A stretch of DNA of 64,000 bases from Syntrophales bacterium (GTDB lineage Bacteria > Desulfobacterota > Syntrophia > Syntrophales > UBA6807). Shown here one piece after another: positions 8,778 to 18,356 of the stretch. Where the stretch lies: positions 160,001 through 224,000 of the forward strand of contig JAXGPA010000001.1 of assembly GCA_040767195.1 (NCBI GenBank), read 5' to 3'. A program made the translations under genes and the position numbers. The notes beneath the pieces are model-generated. The model saw only the letters and a program-made list of their open reading frames with translations, did not search any database and was not told where the DNA came from. Numbering within the stretch: position 1 is the stretch's first letter; every line of letters begins with the position of its first letter.

Positions 8778-10637
8778 TTAAAAGGATGCTTCGAGCATCT
8801 CGATGGGGGTTCTGTCCCCAAGCCCGACACTCTGGCAGCGTCCCTGAACCGTCGGAAGAACGGCAGCGGCAAAATACACGGCCGAGGCGATCTTCCCCTG
8901 GTAGAAAGCCACCTCCTCGCTCTCCCGGGCCAGAGCCCTCTGTTTCGCCTTGGACTTCTCGGCGCCCTTTTCCCTGTAGAGGCCTTCCAGTTTTTCCGCG
9001 GCGATGGCGCCGGCTTCGAGGACAAGCCACCCCACCACGAGATCCCCCATGATCATGAGGTAGGGGCGGGCGTTGAGAACGGGGATCATGAAGCTCGCGC
9101 TCTTTCCCCAGCGGCCGAACTGCTGGGTCAGCTGCACCATGGCCCCGAGGGCTTCCTCGAGATGTCCCGCCTCTTTCTTCAAAGCGGGTATCTTTTTGGC
9201 CCGGGCCACCGTCTCCCCGATCTTCTGGAAGAGCTTCGTCACGTGGGCCCCCTTGTTGGCGCCCAGCTTCCGGCCCACCAGGTCGAGAGCCTGGATGGCG
9301 TTGGTCCCCTCGTAGATCGTGGCGATCTTGCAGTCCCGCATGTACTGTTCCACCGGGTATTCGGCGCAGTAACCGTACCCGCCGTGCACGTCGATGGCAT
9401 AGGAGCAGATGTCCATGGCCTTGTCGGACGTGTAGGCCTTGCACAGGGGGGTGAGAATCTCCACGAATCCGTTCCAGAGGGCTTTTTCCTCGTCGCTCTC
9501 GGCCACGTGGGTCATGTCGAGGGCGTAGGCGGCGAAATAGTTCATCGCCCGGAGTCCCTCCACGTGGGACTTCATCCAGAGGAGCGTCCGGCGGATGTCG
9601 GGGTGCTCGATGATGGAAACGGGCTTCGCCGCGGGGTTTTTCATTTCCCAGACCGGCGGGCTCTGTATTCTCTCTTTGGCGTACCGGAGCGCCCGCTGAT
9701 AGGCCGCCGATGCGTGACCGAGGGCCTGCATGCCCACCTCGAGGCGGGCTTCGTTCATCATCTGGAACATGATCCGCATGCCCTGCCGTTCCCGGCCGAG
9801 GAGCTCACCGATGCATTTGCCCTCGTCACCGAAATTGAGGGTGCAGGTGGCGGAGCCCTTGATGCCCATCTTGTGCTCGATGTTTCCCGTGTGGACGTCG
9901 TTCAGCTCGCCCAGGGAACCGTCGTCGTTGACCCGGTATTTAGGGACGAGAAAAATGGAAATCCCGCCCGTCCCGGGAGGGTCCCCCTCGATTCTCGCGA
10001 GAACGGGATGAATGATGTTTTCCGCCAGGTCGTGGTCCCCGCAGGAGATGAAGCACTTGGTCCCGGTAATGCTGAAGGTCCCGTCAGGGAGGCGTTTCGC
10101 CGTTGATCTGAGCGCGCCCACGTCGCTTCCCGCGCCGGGCTCGGTGAGGCACATGGTGCCCGTCCATTCGCCGGAGAGCATTCGGGTAAGGTATTTTTCC
10201 TTCTGTTCGCCGGTGCCGTACTTTTCCACGAGACCCGCCGCGCCGACGGTGAGTCCGGGATACATCATGAAGGCGAAATTGGCGGCGTCCATCATCTCGA
10301 CACAGGCGGAGAAAATGACGGCCGGCATACCCTGGCCCCCGATTTCCGGGTCCTTGGTCGGGCACAGCCACCCGCCTTCACAGAACTTTCCGTAGACCTC
10401 CCGGAAACAGGCCGGAACGCTCACCTGGCCCTCCTTGAAGGTGCAGCCTTCCCGATCCCCCACGTCATAGGTGGGCAGGAGGACTTCCTCGGCCATTTTC
10501 TCGGCCTCGCCGAGCATCATGTCCACAACGTCCTTCGAGTAGTCCCCGAACTTCTCGTAGCTGAACAAATTTTCAACCTGGAGCTGTTCATAGAGGAGAA
10601 ACTTCTGATCCCGCGATTTTACCAGTATATCGCTCAT
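8778..10637 (-). CDS. Acyl-CoA dehydrogenase
   Basis: MCLTEPGAGSD, GTKCFIS, EHKMGIKGS and HGGYGY...IYEGTNAIQ motifs; ATG at 10637 follows AAAGGAGG. Confidence 0.93.
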   Translation of the reverse strand: MSDILVKSRDQKFLLYEQLQVENLFSYEKFGDYSKDVVDMMLGEAEKMAEEVLLPTYDVGDREGCTFKEGQVSVPACFREVYGKFCEGGWLCPTKDPEIGGQGMPAVIFSACVEMMDAANFAFMMYPGLTVGAAGLVEKYGTGEQKEKYLTRMLSGEWTGTMCLTEPGAGSDVGALRSTAKRLPDGTFSITGTKCFISCGDHDLAENIIHPVLARIEGDPPGTGGISIFLVPKYRVNDDGSLGELNDVHTGNIEHKMGIKGSATCTLNFGDEGKCIGELLGRERQGMRIMFQMMNEARLEVGMQALGHASAAYQRALRYAKERIQSPPVWEMKNPAAKPVSIIEHPDIRRTLLWMKSHVEGLRAMNYFAAYALDMTHVAESDEEKALWNGFVEILTPLCKAYTSDKAMDICSYAIDVHGGYGYCAEYPVEQYMRDCKIATIYEGTNAIQALDLVGRKLGANKGAHVTKLFQKIGETVARAKKIPALKKEAGHLEEALGAMVQLTQQFGRWGKSASFMIPVLNARPYLMIMGDLVVGWLVLEAGAIAAEKLEGLYREKGAEKSKAKQRALARESEEVAFYQGKIASAVYFAAAVLPTVQGRCQSVGLGDRTPIEMLEASF

Positions 10638-10757
10638 AAAGCCTCCTTTCATTGTATCTCGGCTGTGTCTGTGACAGCGAATCCCTGATTTCGGCGATTC
10701 CGTGAAAAGCCCGCTCAAAAAGCATCGTCGCGGGACCGGTCACCACGTCGCCGTCTT

Positions 10758-11411
10758 TCACCCGTCGAAAACGGTTTTTCTTCTGAACCCCTCGATCAGT
10801 ATCTTCATGCCTTCCCGGACATTCGACCGGATCCGCTCTTCCCGGGTCGACTCCTTTCCCGTAAAAACATGAAGGGAGATGATCCCGTTCAGAAGCCCCC
10901 AGACGGCGTTCCGGCTTTTTTTCAGATCGTTGGTGCAGGCGAACTCCCCTGACGAGAGGCCCAGGTTGAAAATTTCCTCGATGACCCTGATGGTTTGGTT
11001 TGTCGCCCCGATAAGGTCACGCTTTATCTCTTCGGAAAAATTGAAAGGAACGGTCTGAAGCATGAAGTTCATGAGTATCCGGAAAAGCTCCCGGTCGGAC
11101 AGGAAGAAATCCACGTAGGCTTCGGCGAAGCGGGCCAGCATTTCCGAGGCCGGCGCTTCCGTCTCCCGGAGTTCGCGCATCTTTTCATTGAATTTCTCGA
11201 TGTCGGTGAGGAGAACGTGGGCGTAGATTTCCTCCTTGCTCTTGAAATAGAGGTAGATCGTTCCCTTGCTGAAGCGGGCCTCCCGGGCGATGCCCTCCAT
11301 GGTCACTTTCTTGAAGCCCCGCTCCAGGAACTGCCTGCGGGCGGCCCGGAGGATGACCCGCTTGCGCTGTTCCTTTTCTTTCTTCCGCCTCTGTTCGACC
11401 CTTGCCGCCAT
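10758..11411 (-). CDS. TetR/AcrR-family transcriptional regulator
   Basis: ILRAARRQF..RGF..VTMEGIAREARFSKGTIYLYFKSKEE helix-turn-helix. Confidence 0.92.
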   Translation of the reverse strand: MAARVEQRRKKEKEQRKRVILRAARRQFLERGFKKVTMEGIAREARFSKGTIYLYFKSKEEIYAHVLLTDIEKFNEKMRELRETEAPASEMLARFAEAYVDFFLSDRELFRILMNFMLQTVPFNFSEEIKRDLIGATNQTIRVIEEIFNLGLSSGEFACTNDLKKSRNAVWGLLNGIISLHVFTGKESTREERIRSNVREGMKILIEGFRRKTVFDG

Positions 11412-11433
11412 GAAACGCCGCTTGAAAAGTTTT

Positions 11434-11482
11434 TGACCACCGGTTATTTTTTGAATTATGGTCATTTAATGACCGACGGTCA
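11434..11482. promoter_or_regulatory. Three tandem palindromic operator boxes (TGACC-N3-GGTCA type)
   Basis: TGACCACCGGTTA (11434), TGAATTATGGTCA (11452) and TGACCGACGGTCA (11470), with exact 18-bp spacing directly upstream of tetR. Confidence 0.65.
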
Positions 11483-11621
11483 GAAAAGAACATACAGAAT
11501 GCATTCTTCAAAGTCAAGAAAAAAATAACCGGAAAAAATAAGGACGCTTGAAAGCCTTGTCCGCCCCCCCCTGACTCTCTGTCTCCCCGGCGATCCGGGA
11601 GGCCTGACACGCGAAAAACCA

Positions 11622-11671
11622 TTGACAGGCCTACCCCTTTGTGCTACCCAAGAAGGCGAAATATTTCATAA
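11622..11671 (+). promoter_or_regulatory. Putative sigma70 promoter with a downstream Rex-like box
   Basis: TTGACA-17 nt-TACCCA with an upstream TG, then AGGCGAAATATTTCATAA (14/18 to TTGTGAAATATTTCACAA). Confidence 0.45.
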
Positions 11672-11752
11672 TCACAGAAAATTACCCCGGGTGGAGAAAC
11701 CCTTTCAACGGCCGGGGTTCTTTTGAAAACGAAGGGGACAGGGCAGGCTCAC

Positions 11753-12130
11753 ATGACGCTCTTCGAAGTGATGGACATACTGAACGCCAGGCTTCTTGTC
11801 GGCCGGAAGCTTCTCAACACGGAGGTGAAGACGGCTTTCTCCGCCGACCTGCTGAGCGACGTTCTCGCCTATGCCCGCCCCGGGAGCGTCCTCCTCACGG
11901 GCCTGACCAATCCCCAGGTCGTTCGAACGGCGAGCGTCCTCGACATCGCCGCCATCATCCTCGTGCGGGGAAAGATACCGCCCGCGGAGACCCTCCGCCT
12001 GGCGGAGGAACTGGGGGTTCCCATGATGGCCACCCATTACATCCTCTTCGAGTCATCGGGGCGGCTTTACAGCCGCGGCATGGTCGGCTGTATCCAGAAG
12101 GTCGGGAACGATGAGATTATGGCCCTATGA
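11753..12130 (+). CDS. DRTGG-domain protein
   Basis: AFSADLLSDVLA...LLTGLTNPQVVRTA...IILVRGK, typical of hydrogenase-associated DRTGG proteins. Confidence 0.85.
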   Translation: MTLFEVMDILNARLLVGRKLLNTEVKTAFSADLLSDVLAYARPGSVLLTGLTNPQVVRTASVLDIAAIILVRGKIPPAETLRLAEELGVPMMATHYILFESSGRLYSRGMVGCIQKVGNDEIMAL

Positions 12131-12558
12131 GCCTGATATGTGAAGCGTCATTCCCCGTCCGGGGAGGGGATTTCAAGGACGCGGGGAAAGTGGCTGTCCA
12201 GATAAAAGCGACCCTGAAGAAGCTGGGCATCGACCCTGAAATCCTGCGAAGGGCCGCCATCGCCGCTTATGAATCGGAAGTCAACATCATCTCCTATGCC
12301 CGGCTTGGGAAAATTCACCTGCAGGTGGACCCCGACAGAATCCTGATGAATGTGGAGGACGAAGGCCCCGGTATCGAAGACATTGAACTGGCCATGAGGC
12401 CGGGGTATTCAACGGCGAGCGACCTGATCCGGGAACTGGGGTTCGGGGCGGGCATGGGGCTTGTCAACATCAAGCACTGCGCCGACGAGTTCGAAATCAC
12501 GTCAATGGTGGACCAGGGGACGAAGCTCAGGATATTGATTCACGTCCCTGACGGATAA
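12127..12558 (+). CDS. Anti-sigma factor/Ser-Thr kinase-like ATP-binding protein (RsbT/RsbW-like)
   Basis: YESEVNII, DEGPGI, GYSTA and GFGAGMGL HATPase motifs; ATGA overlap with the previous gene. Confidence 0.85.
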   Translation: MSLICEASFPVRGGDFKDAGKVAVQIKATLKKLGIDPEILRRAAIAAYESEVNIISYARLGKIHLQVDPDRILMNVEDEGPGIEDIELAMRPGYSTASDLIRELGFGAGMGLVNIKHCADEFEITSMVDQGTKLRILIHVPDG

Positions 12559-12583
12559 ACAAAAAAACCGAGGGTGGGCGAAA

Positions 12584-12925
12584 ATGAACCTGGCTTCCGT
12601 GGTGGAAAAATTGAACCTGAGAGTGGCCTGCGGACAGGGAGGGCTTGAACGGCCCGTCCGGGGCGGGTATGCCGGCGATCTTCTCAGCGATGTCCTGGCG
12701 AACAGCAGCGAGGGGGATCTCTGGATCACCCGGCAGAACCACCAGAACATCGTGGCGGTGTCGAGCCTCAAGGATCACGCCGGGATCCTCCTGGTCCAGG
12801 GGAAGGAGCCGGAGGCGGATACCCTGGAAAAGGCCGTCAAGGAAGGCATCCCCATCCTTGTCACCGAGCTGACCACCTTTGAAATAGCGGGCCGCCTGCA
12901 CCGGCTTCTTCACGGGCCTTCGTAA
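12584..12925 (+). CDS. DRTGG-domain protein
   Basis: GGYAGDLLSDVLA...WITRQNHQNIVAV. Confidence 0.85.
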   Translation: MNLASVVEKLNLRVACGQGGLERPVRGGYAGDLLSDVLANSSEGDLWITRQNHQNIVAVSSLKDHAGILLVQGKEPEADTLEKAVKEGIPILVTELTTFEIAGRLHRLLHGPS

Positions 12926-13025
12926 GCGGGACCTTTCAAGGGTCGAAGGGGCGGACCCTTCGGGAAAGTCCGTCATCCCGACAGGGAGGTCGACAAAAGG
13001 ATGACAACCGGAACGATCAATCGAG

Positions 13026-13763
13026 ATGATACAGGAATTCCGATGCGATCTTCATATCCACACGTGCCTGTCGCCGTGCGGGGACCTGGGCATGTATCCC
13101 ACGGCCATCGTGACGAGAGCCCTCGAAGCGGGTCTCCATGTCATCGCCGTCTGCGACCATAACGCGACGGAAAACGTTCCCTCGGTCATCCGGGCCGCGG
13201 CGGGGAAGCCTCTCACCGTCATCCCGGGGATTGAGGTGACCAGCCGGGAGGAAGTGCATCTCCTGGGGCTCTTTGATAACATGAACGCTCTATCGGAACT
13301 TCAGGACATGGTCTACCGCTCCCTCAAGGGGTCGAACCGGGAAGAGAAGTTCGGCTGCCAGGCCGTCGTCAACGAATATGACGAAGTCGAAGGGTTCAAT
13401 GAACGGCTCCTCATAGGGGCGTCGGAGATTCCTCTTCGCCGTGTCGTTGAAGAGATTCACCGCCTGGGAGGGATTTCCATCGCGGCTCATGTCGACAGGG
13501 AAAGCTTCAGCATTCTCGGGCAGCTGGGCTTCATACCCGAGGATCTTCCCCTTGACGCGCTGGAACTTTCCCGCCGAACGGGACCGGCGGAAGCCCGGAA
13601 GTTGTTTCCCCGCATCGCCCGCAGGCCCGTTCTTCGAAGCTCCGACGCCCATTTTATCGAGGACATCGGCAGTGCCTCGACGGTCATCGCCATGAAAGAA
13701 CCGGTTATGGAAGAGTTCAGGAAGGCTTTCCGGGGTGTGGACGGGAGGTACATCAAAACGTAG
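13026..13763 (+). CDS. PHP-domain metal-dependent phosphoesterase
   Basis: DLHIHTCLSPC, CDHN, PGIE..SREEVH, AHVDR and SSDAH motifs. Confidence 0.88.
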   Translation: MIQEFRCDLHIHTCLSPCGDLGMYPTAIVTRALEAGLHVIAVCDHNATENVPSVIRAAAGKPLTVIPGIEVTSREEVHLLGLFDNMNALSELQDMVYRSLKGSNREEKFGCQAVVNEYDEVEGFNERLLIGASEIPLRRVVEEIHRLGGISIAAHVDRESFSILGQLGFIPEDLPLDALELSRRTGPAEARKLFPRIARRPVLRSSDAHFIEDIGSASTVIAMKEPVMEEFRKAFRGVDGRYIKT

Positions 13764-13766
13764 CCC

Positions 13767-14315
13767 ATGCTCGAACTGTCCATGCACATTCTCGACATCG
13801 TGGAGAACTCGATCCGGGCGGGGGCGACCCTGGTCTCCATAGCCATCGAGGAAGACCTGGAGGGGGACCGTTTCCGCATCGAAATCACGGACGACGGCTC
13901 GGGCATGGACGCGGAAACCTGCCGGAAGGCCGTCGATCCCTTTTACACGACCAAGACGGTGCGGCGGGTCGGCCTGGGCCTTCCTCTCTTCCGGCAGGCC
14001 GCTGAAATGACCAACGGATCCTTCTCCATTCGTTGCGGTTCTTCGGGAGGAACGACCGTCTCGGCGGAATTCCAGAGAAGCCACATCGACCGCCAGCCCC
14101 TGGGAGACATGGCTTCCACCCTGAAAGCCCTGTTGGCGGGGAACCCCGCCATGGACCTCGTCTATACACACGGGAGAGCCGGCGCCTCCTACCGTCTCGA
14201 CACCCGGGAAATCCGAGGGGCGCTGGACGGCATCCCCATGGATCACCCGGAGGTCCTGCGGCTGATCGGGGAAAATGTTCGGGATGGGCTTCGGGAAATA
14301 AAGGCGAACCAGTAA
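13767..14315 (+). CDS. Histidine kinase-like ATPase (HATPase_c) of hyd/hnd clusters
   Basis: ELSMHILDIVENSIRAGA, DDGSGM, DPFYTTK..RVGLGLP and HIDRQPLGD motifs. Confidence 0.85.
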   Translation: MLELSMHILDIVENSIRAGATLVSIAIEEDLEGDRFRIEITDDGSGMDAETCRKAVDPFYTTKTVRRVGLGLPLFRQAAEMTNGSFSIRCGSSGGTTVSAEFQRSHIDRQPLGDMASTLKALLAGNPAMDLVYTHGRAGASYRLDTREIRGALDGIPMDHPEVLRLIGENVRDGLREIKANQ

Positions 14316-14354
14316 GTTTAAGATATAGAGATACATAATAAGGAGGAGAAATGA

Positions 14355-14849
14355 ATGAAACCCGGAAATGACGATCAACTGAAAGAATTTACACCGGAAC
14401 AGATCCAGGAACTCGACCGGATCATCGAGGATCACAAGGGCAGGCCGGGAGGTCTCATCCCCGTCCTTGAAAAGGCCCAGGTCGCTCTCGAGTACCTTCC
14501 CATGGCGATTCAGAAACGGATCGCCCGGGGATTGAACCTGCCTCTCAGCCAAGTCTACGGTGTCGTCACCTTCTATTCCTTTTTCACCATGACGCCCCGG
14601 GGACGCCACACCTGCCGGGTGTGCCTGGGAACGGCCTGTTACGTCCGGGGCGGAAAGAGCATCGCCGATAACATTCAGAAAACCTATGGCGTCACGGAAG
14701 GGGAAACGACACCCGATCGCCGGTTCACCTACGAATCGGTCCGCTGCCTCGGAGCGTGCGGGCTCGGTCCCGTGGTCGTCGTGGACGAGGACGTCCACGG
14801 CCGGGTCAAGCCGTCCAAGGTCAGGGAAATCCTCAACCAGTACAGTTAA
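14355..14849 (+). CDS. NuoE/HydC/HndA-like [2Fe-2S] subunit
   Basis: VYGVVTFYSFF, CLGTACYVRG and CLGACGLGP motifs. Confidence 0.92.
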   Translation: MKPGNDDQLKEFTPEQIQELDRIIEDHKGRPGGLIPVLEKAQVALEYLPMAIQKRIARGLNLPLSQVYGVVTFYSFFTMTPRGRHTCRVCLGTACYVRGGKSIADNIQKTYGVTEGETTPDRRFTYESVRCLGACGLGPVVVVDEDVHGRVKPSKVREILNQYS

Positions 14850-14876
14850 CGAAAAGCACAGGCACGGAGCGCAATC

Positions 14877-15260
14877 ATGGGAAAGATAAAAATCGAAGAC
14901 CTCAAGAAGATCAAGGAACGGATCGGTTCGGAAAACGCCCTCCGGGCGGGCGAACGGCGGGTCAAGGTGACCGTCCACATGGGAACCTGCGGAATCGCCG
15001 CGGGCGCCAGGGAGGTCATGAATTCCCTGATCAATGAAATCAACGAGTCGGGTGTGAACGACGTGGTGGTCACCACGTCGGGATGCATGGGCCTCTGCAG
15101 CCGGGAACCCCTCGTCACCGTCGAGGTTCTCAGCGAGGAACCGATCAAGTACGAGCATGTGGACCCGAACAAGATGCGCCAGATCTTCAAGCGCCACATC
15201 CTGCAGGGTGAAGTCCAGACCCCCTTCGTCCTGGCCAAGGGCCGGGAAAAGACCGAATGA
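14877..15260 (+). CDS. Thioredoxin-like [2Fe-2S] ferredoxin (HydD/HndB-like)
   Basis: MGTCGIAAGAR...GCMGLCSREP. Confidence 0.88.
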   Translation: MGKIKIEDLKKIKERIGSENALRAGERRVKVTVHMGTCGIAAGAREVMNSLINEINESGVNDVVVTTSGCMGLCSREPLVTVEVLSEEPIKYEHVDPNKMRQIFKRHILQGEVQTPFVLAKGREKTE

Positions 15261-15280
15261 CATAAGGAGGTTCATATCCG

Positions 15281-18200
15281 ATGAAGGTATTCCGCTCTCA
15301 TATATTGCTCTGCGGGGGAACGGGCTGTCACGCCTCCGGCAGCATCGCCGTCCGGAAAGCTCTTCTGGAGGAGCTGGACAAAAGGAAACTTTCCGATGAA
15401 ATCCGCCTGGTGGAAACGGGGTGCAACGGCTTCTGCGCCATGGGGCCGATCCTCGTCGTCTACCCCGAGGGGATCATCTATATGCTCGTCCAGCCCGGCG
15501 ACGTGCCCGAGCTGGTGGAGGAGCATTTCATCAAGGGACGGCCCCTGGAGAGGCTCTTCTACAAGGAGCCGACGACGGAAGAAGTGATCCCGACGATGCA
15601 GGAGATCCCCTTTTTCGCCCTTCAGGAGCTCCGGGTTCTTCGGAACCGGGGGCTCATAGACCCCGAGAAAATCGACGAGTACATCGCCCGGGACGGTTAT
15701 TCCGGCCTGGCCAGGGCCCTGTCGGAGATGACCCCGGAAGAGATCGTCGATGTCGTCCTCAAGTCCGGCCTCCGCGGCCGGGGAGGGGCGGGGTTTCCCA
15801 CGGGACTGAAATGGAAATTCGCCGCCCAGTCTCCCGGGGACATCAAGTACGTGCTCTGCAACGCCGACGAGGGTGATCCCGGGGCTTTCATGGACCGGAG
15901 CGTCCTGGAGGCGGACCCTCACTCGGTCCTCGAGGGCATGGTCATCGGGGCCAAGGCCATCGGGGCCCACAAGGGTTACATATACTGCAGGGCCGAATAC
16001 CCCCTGGCCCTGAAACGGCTTGACATCGCCATCGAACAGGCACGGGAGTACGGGCTTCTCGGCCAGGACATCCTGGGGACCGGCTTCGACTTCGACATCG
16101 AGGTCTACCAGGGCGCCGGCGCCTTCGTCTGCGGTGAGGAAACGGCTCTCATGACCTCCATAGAGGGGAAGCGGGGAATGCCCCGGCCACGGCCGCCTTT
16201 TCCCGCCCTGAAGGGCCTCTGGGGAAGACCGAGCGTCCTGAACAACGTGGAGACCCTATCCAGCGTCCCCGAGATCATCCTGAAGGGCCATGAGTGGTAT
16301 GCCTCCGTGGGAACGGAGAAAAGCAAGGGGACCAAGGTTTTCGCCCTCACGGGGGACGTGAACAACGTCGGCCTCGTGGAAGTGCCCATGGGAACGACCC
16401 TGGGGACGATCATCTACGACGTGGGAGGCGGGATCCCCGGCGGCAAAAAATTCAAGGCCGTTCAGCTCGGCGGGCCCTCGGGAGGCATGATCCCCGTCCA
16501 GCACCTGAACGCTCCCGTGGATTACGAAACCATCTCCGACCTCGGGGCCATCATGGGCTCCGGCGGCATGATCGTCATGAACGAGGACAAGTGCGCCGTC
16601 GACATGGCCCGCTTCTTCATGGACTTCTGCCAGGAGGAATCCTGCGGGAAATGCACGCCCTGCCGCGAAGGAACGAAGCGGATGCTCGAGATCCTGACGA
16701 ACATCTGCAACGGAAAAGGCAAGGAAGGGGACATCGAGCTTCTCGAGGAAATGGCCGCCATCATCAAGGATGCCTCCCTGTGCGGCCTCGGCCAGACGGC
16801 TCCCAACCCCGTCCTGAGCACCATCCGTTATTTTCGAAGCGAATACGAAGCTCACATACGGGACAAGAGGTGCAGCGCCGTGGTCTGTTCCGCCCTCTTC
16901 AAGTCGCCCTGCCAGCACGCCTGTCCCATCGGCATGGATGTTCCCTCCTACGTCGCCCTGATCCGGGCCGACCGCCTGGAAGACGCCTACAAGGTCATGC
17001 TCCGGACGAACCCCTTCCCGTCTGTCTGCGGGCGGGTGTGCGACCACCAGTGCCAGTCCAAGTGCCGCCGGCAGACCCTGGACGAACCCGTGGCCATCAA
17101 GTTCCTGAAGCGGTTCATCACCGACAGCGCCGACCGGCCCAAAGTGGAGAAAGTTCCCGTGACGAGGAACGAAAAGATCGCCGTGGTCGGCGCCGGGCCG
17201 GCGGGCCTCACCGCCGCCAAGGACCTCGCTCTCAGGGGTTACTCGGTGGTCGTTTTCGAGGAGCTTCCCGAAGCCGGCGGCATGCTCCGTTACGGGATTC
17301 CCTCCTACCGGCTTCCCCGAAACATCCTGGCGAAGGAAATTGAGGCCATCGCCGCCCTGGGTGTGGACATCCGGTGCAACACCCGGATTGGACGGGACAT
17401 CTCCCTGGAACAGGTCCGGAAAGAATTCGATTACCTCTACCTGGCCCCGGGGGCTCACAAAAGCCAGCGCATGGGCGTGGAAGGAGAAGACCTCCAGGGC
17501 GTTTACGGCGGTGTCGAGTTTCTGCGGGACTTCAACCTTGATGAGGAGAAGTGGCTCAAGGGTGAAAAGACCCTGGGCCGGAAGGTGGCCGTGGTGGGCG
17601 GGGGGAACTCGGCTATCGACGCCGCCCGGTGCGCCTTGCGCCTGGGTGCGGAAGTCACCATCCTTTACCGACGCCTCCGGGCCGACATGCCCGCGGCGGA
17701 AGAGGAAATCGTCGCGGCGGAACACGAAGGCATCAAAATCGAGTACCTCGTGGCTCCCCTCAAAATCGTCGGAAAGGACGGCAACGTGACGGGCATCCGC
17801 TGTCAACGGATGGAACTGGGCGACTTCGACCGCTCCGGCCGAAGGCGGCCCGTGGCCGTTCCCGGTTCCGAGTTCACCCTGGACGTGGACGCCGTCGTCG
17901 CCGCCATCGGCCAGGCGCCGGACGTCTCCTTCGTTCCCGGTGACAGCGGGGTGGCCGTGAACAAGTGGGACACCTTCGATGTGGAAAAGGGCACGAAAGC
18001 CCAAACCAGCCATCCGAAAGTCTTTGCCGGGGGGGACGCCGTCACGGGACCCTGGACGGTCGTCGGCGCCATCGCGGCAGGACACCAGGGAGCCGAAGAA
18101 ATCGACAGCGCCATCCGGCTGGCCAACGGCGAACCGCCCTACGAGGCCCCCGCCGAGGAAGCCATCGACATCCCCGCCGTCATTGACGAGGAGACGGAAG

Positions 18201-18337
18201 AACGCCCCCAGGCGGCCATGCCGGAGCTGGAACCGTCGGAGCGGAAAAGCAACTTCCGGGAAGTGGAGACGGGGTTCGCCAAGGATGTAGCCATCCAGGA
18301 AGCGATCCGCTGCCTCCGGTGCGACCTGGAAATCTGA
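15281..18337 (+). CDS. NuoF/HydB-like NADH/FMN subunit fused to a GltD/NfnB-like FAD/NADPH oxidoreductase
   Basis: N-terminal CGGTGC...GCNGFC, then GRGGAGF, NADEGDPGAFMD, GGPSGG and ESCGKCTPCREG. These are followed by CQHACP, CGRVCDHQCQSKC, GAGPAG, GGGNSA, YRR, FAGGD and terminal RCLRC. Confidence 0.9.
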   Translation: MKVFRSHILLCGGTGCHASGSIAVRKALLEELDKRKLSDEIRLVETGCNGFCAMGPILVVYPEGIIYMLVQPGDVPELVEEHFIKGRPLERLFYKEPTTEEVIPTMQEIPFFALQELRVLRNRGLIDPEKIDEYIARDGYSGLARALSEMTPEEIVDVVLKSGLRGRGGAGFPTGLKWKFAAQSPGDIKYVLCNADEGDPGAFMDRSVLEADPHSVLEGMVIGAKAIGAHKGYIYCRAEYPLALKRLDIAIEQAREYGLLGQDILGTGFDFDIEVYQGAGAFVCGEETALMTSIEGKRGMPRPRPPFPALKGLWGRPSVLNNVETLSSVPEIILKGHEWYASVGTEKSKGTKVFALTGDVNNVGLVEVPMGTTLGTIIYDVGGGIPGGKKFKAVQLGGPSGGMIPVQHLNAPVDYETISDLGAIMGSGGMIVMNEDKCAVDMARFFMDFCQEESCGKCTPCREGTKRMLEILTNICNGKGKEGDIELLEEMAAIIKDASLCGLGQTAPNPVLSTIRYFRSEYEAHIRDKRCSAVVCSALFKSPCQHACPIGMDVPSYVALIRADRLEDAYKVMLRTNPFPSVCGRVCDHQCQSKCRRQTLDEPVAIKFLKRFITDSADRPKVEKVPVTRNEKIAVVGAGPAGLTAAKDLALRGYSVVVFEELPEAGGMLRYGIPSYRLPRNILAKEIEAIAALGVDIRCNTRIGRDISLEQVRKEFDYLYLAPGAHKSQRMGVEGEDLQGVYGGVEFLRDFNLDEEKWLKGEKTLGRKVAVVGGGNSAIDAARCALRLGAEVTILYRRLRADMPAAEEEIVAAEHEGIKIEYLVAPLKIVGKDGNVTGIRCQRMELGDFDRSGRRRPVAVPGSEFTLDVDAVVAAIGQAPDVSFVPGDSGVAVNKWDTFDVEKGTKAQTSHPKVFAGGDAVTGPWTVVGAIAAGHQGAEEIDSAIRLANGEPPYEAPAEEAIDIPAVIDEETEERPQAAMPELEPSERKSNFREVETGFAKDVAIQEAIRCLRCDLEI

Positions 18338-18356
18338 AATCACCCGTGCTTTGCGA

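Noticed and set aside
12926..13025. Small hairpins inside the DRTGG operon spacer
   Set aside because: Short GC stems are expected by chance at this GC content, and there is no U tract or known motif.
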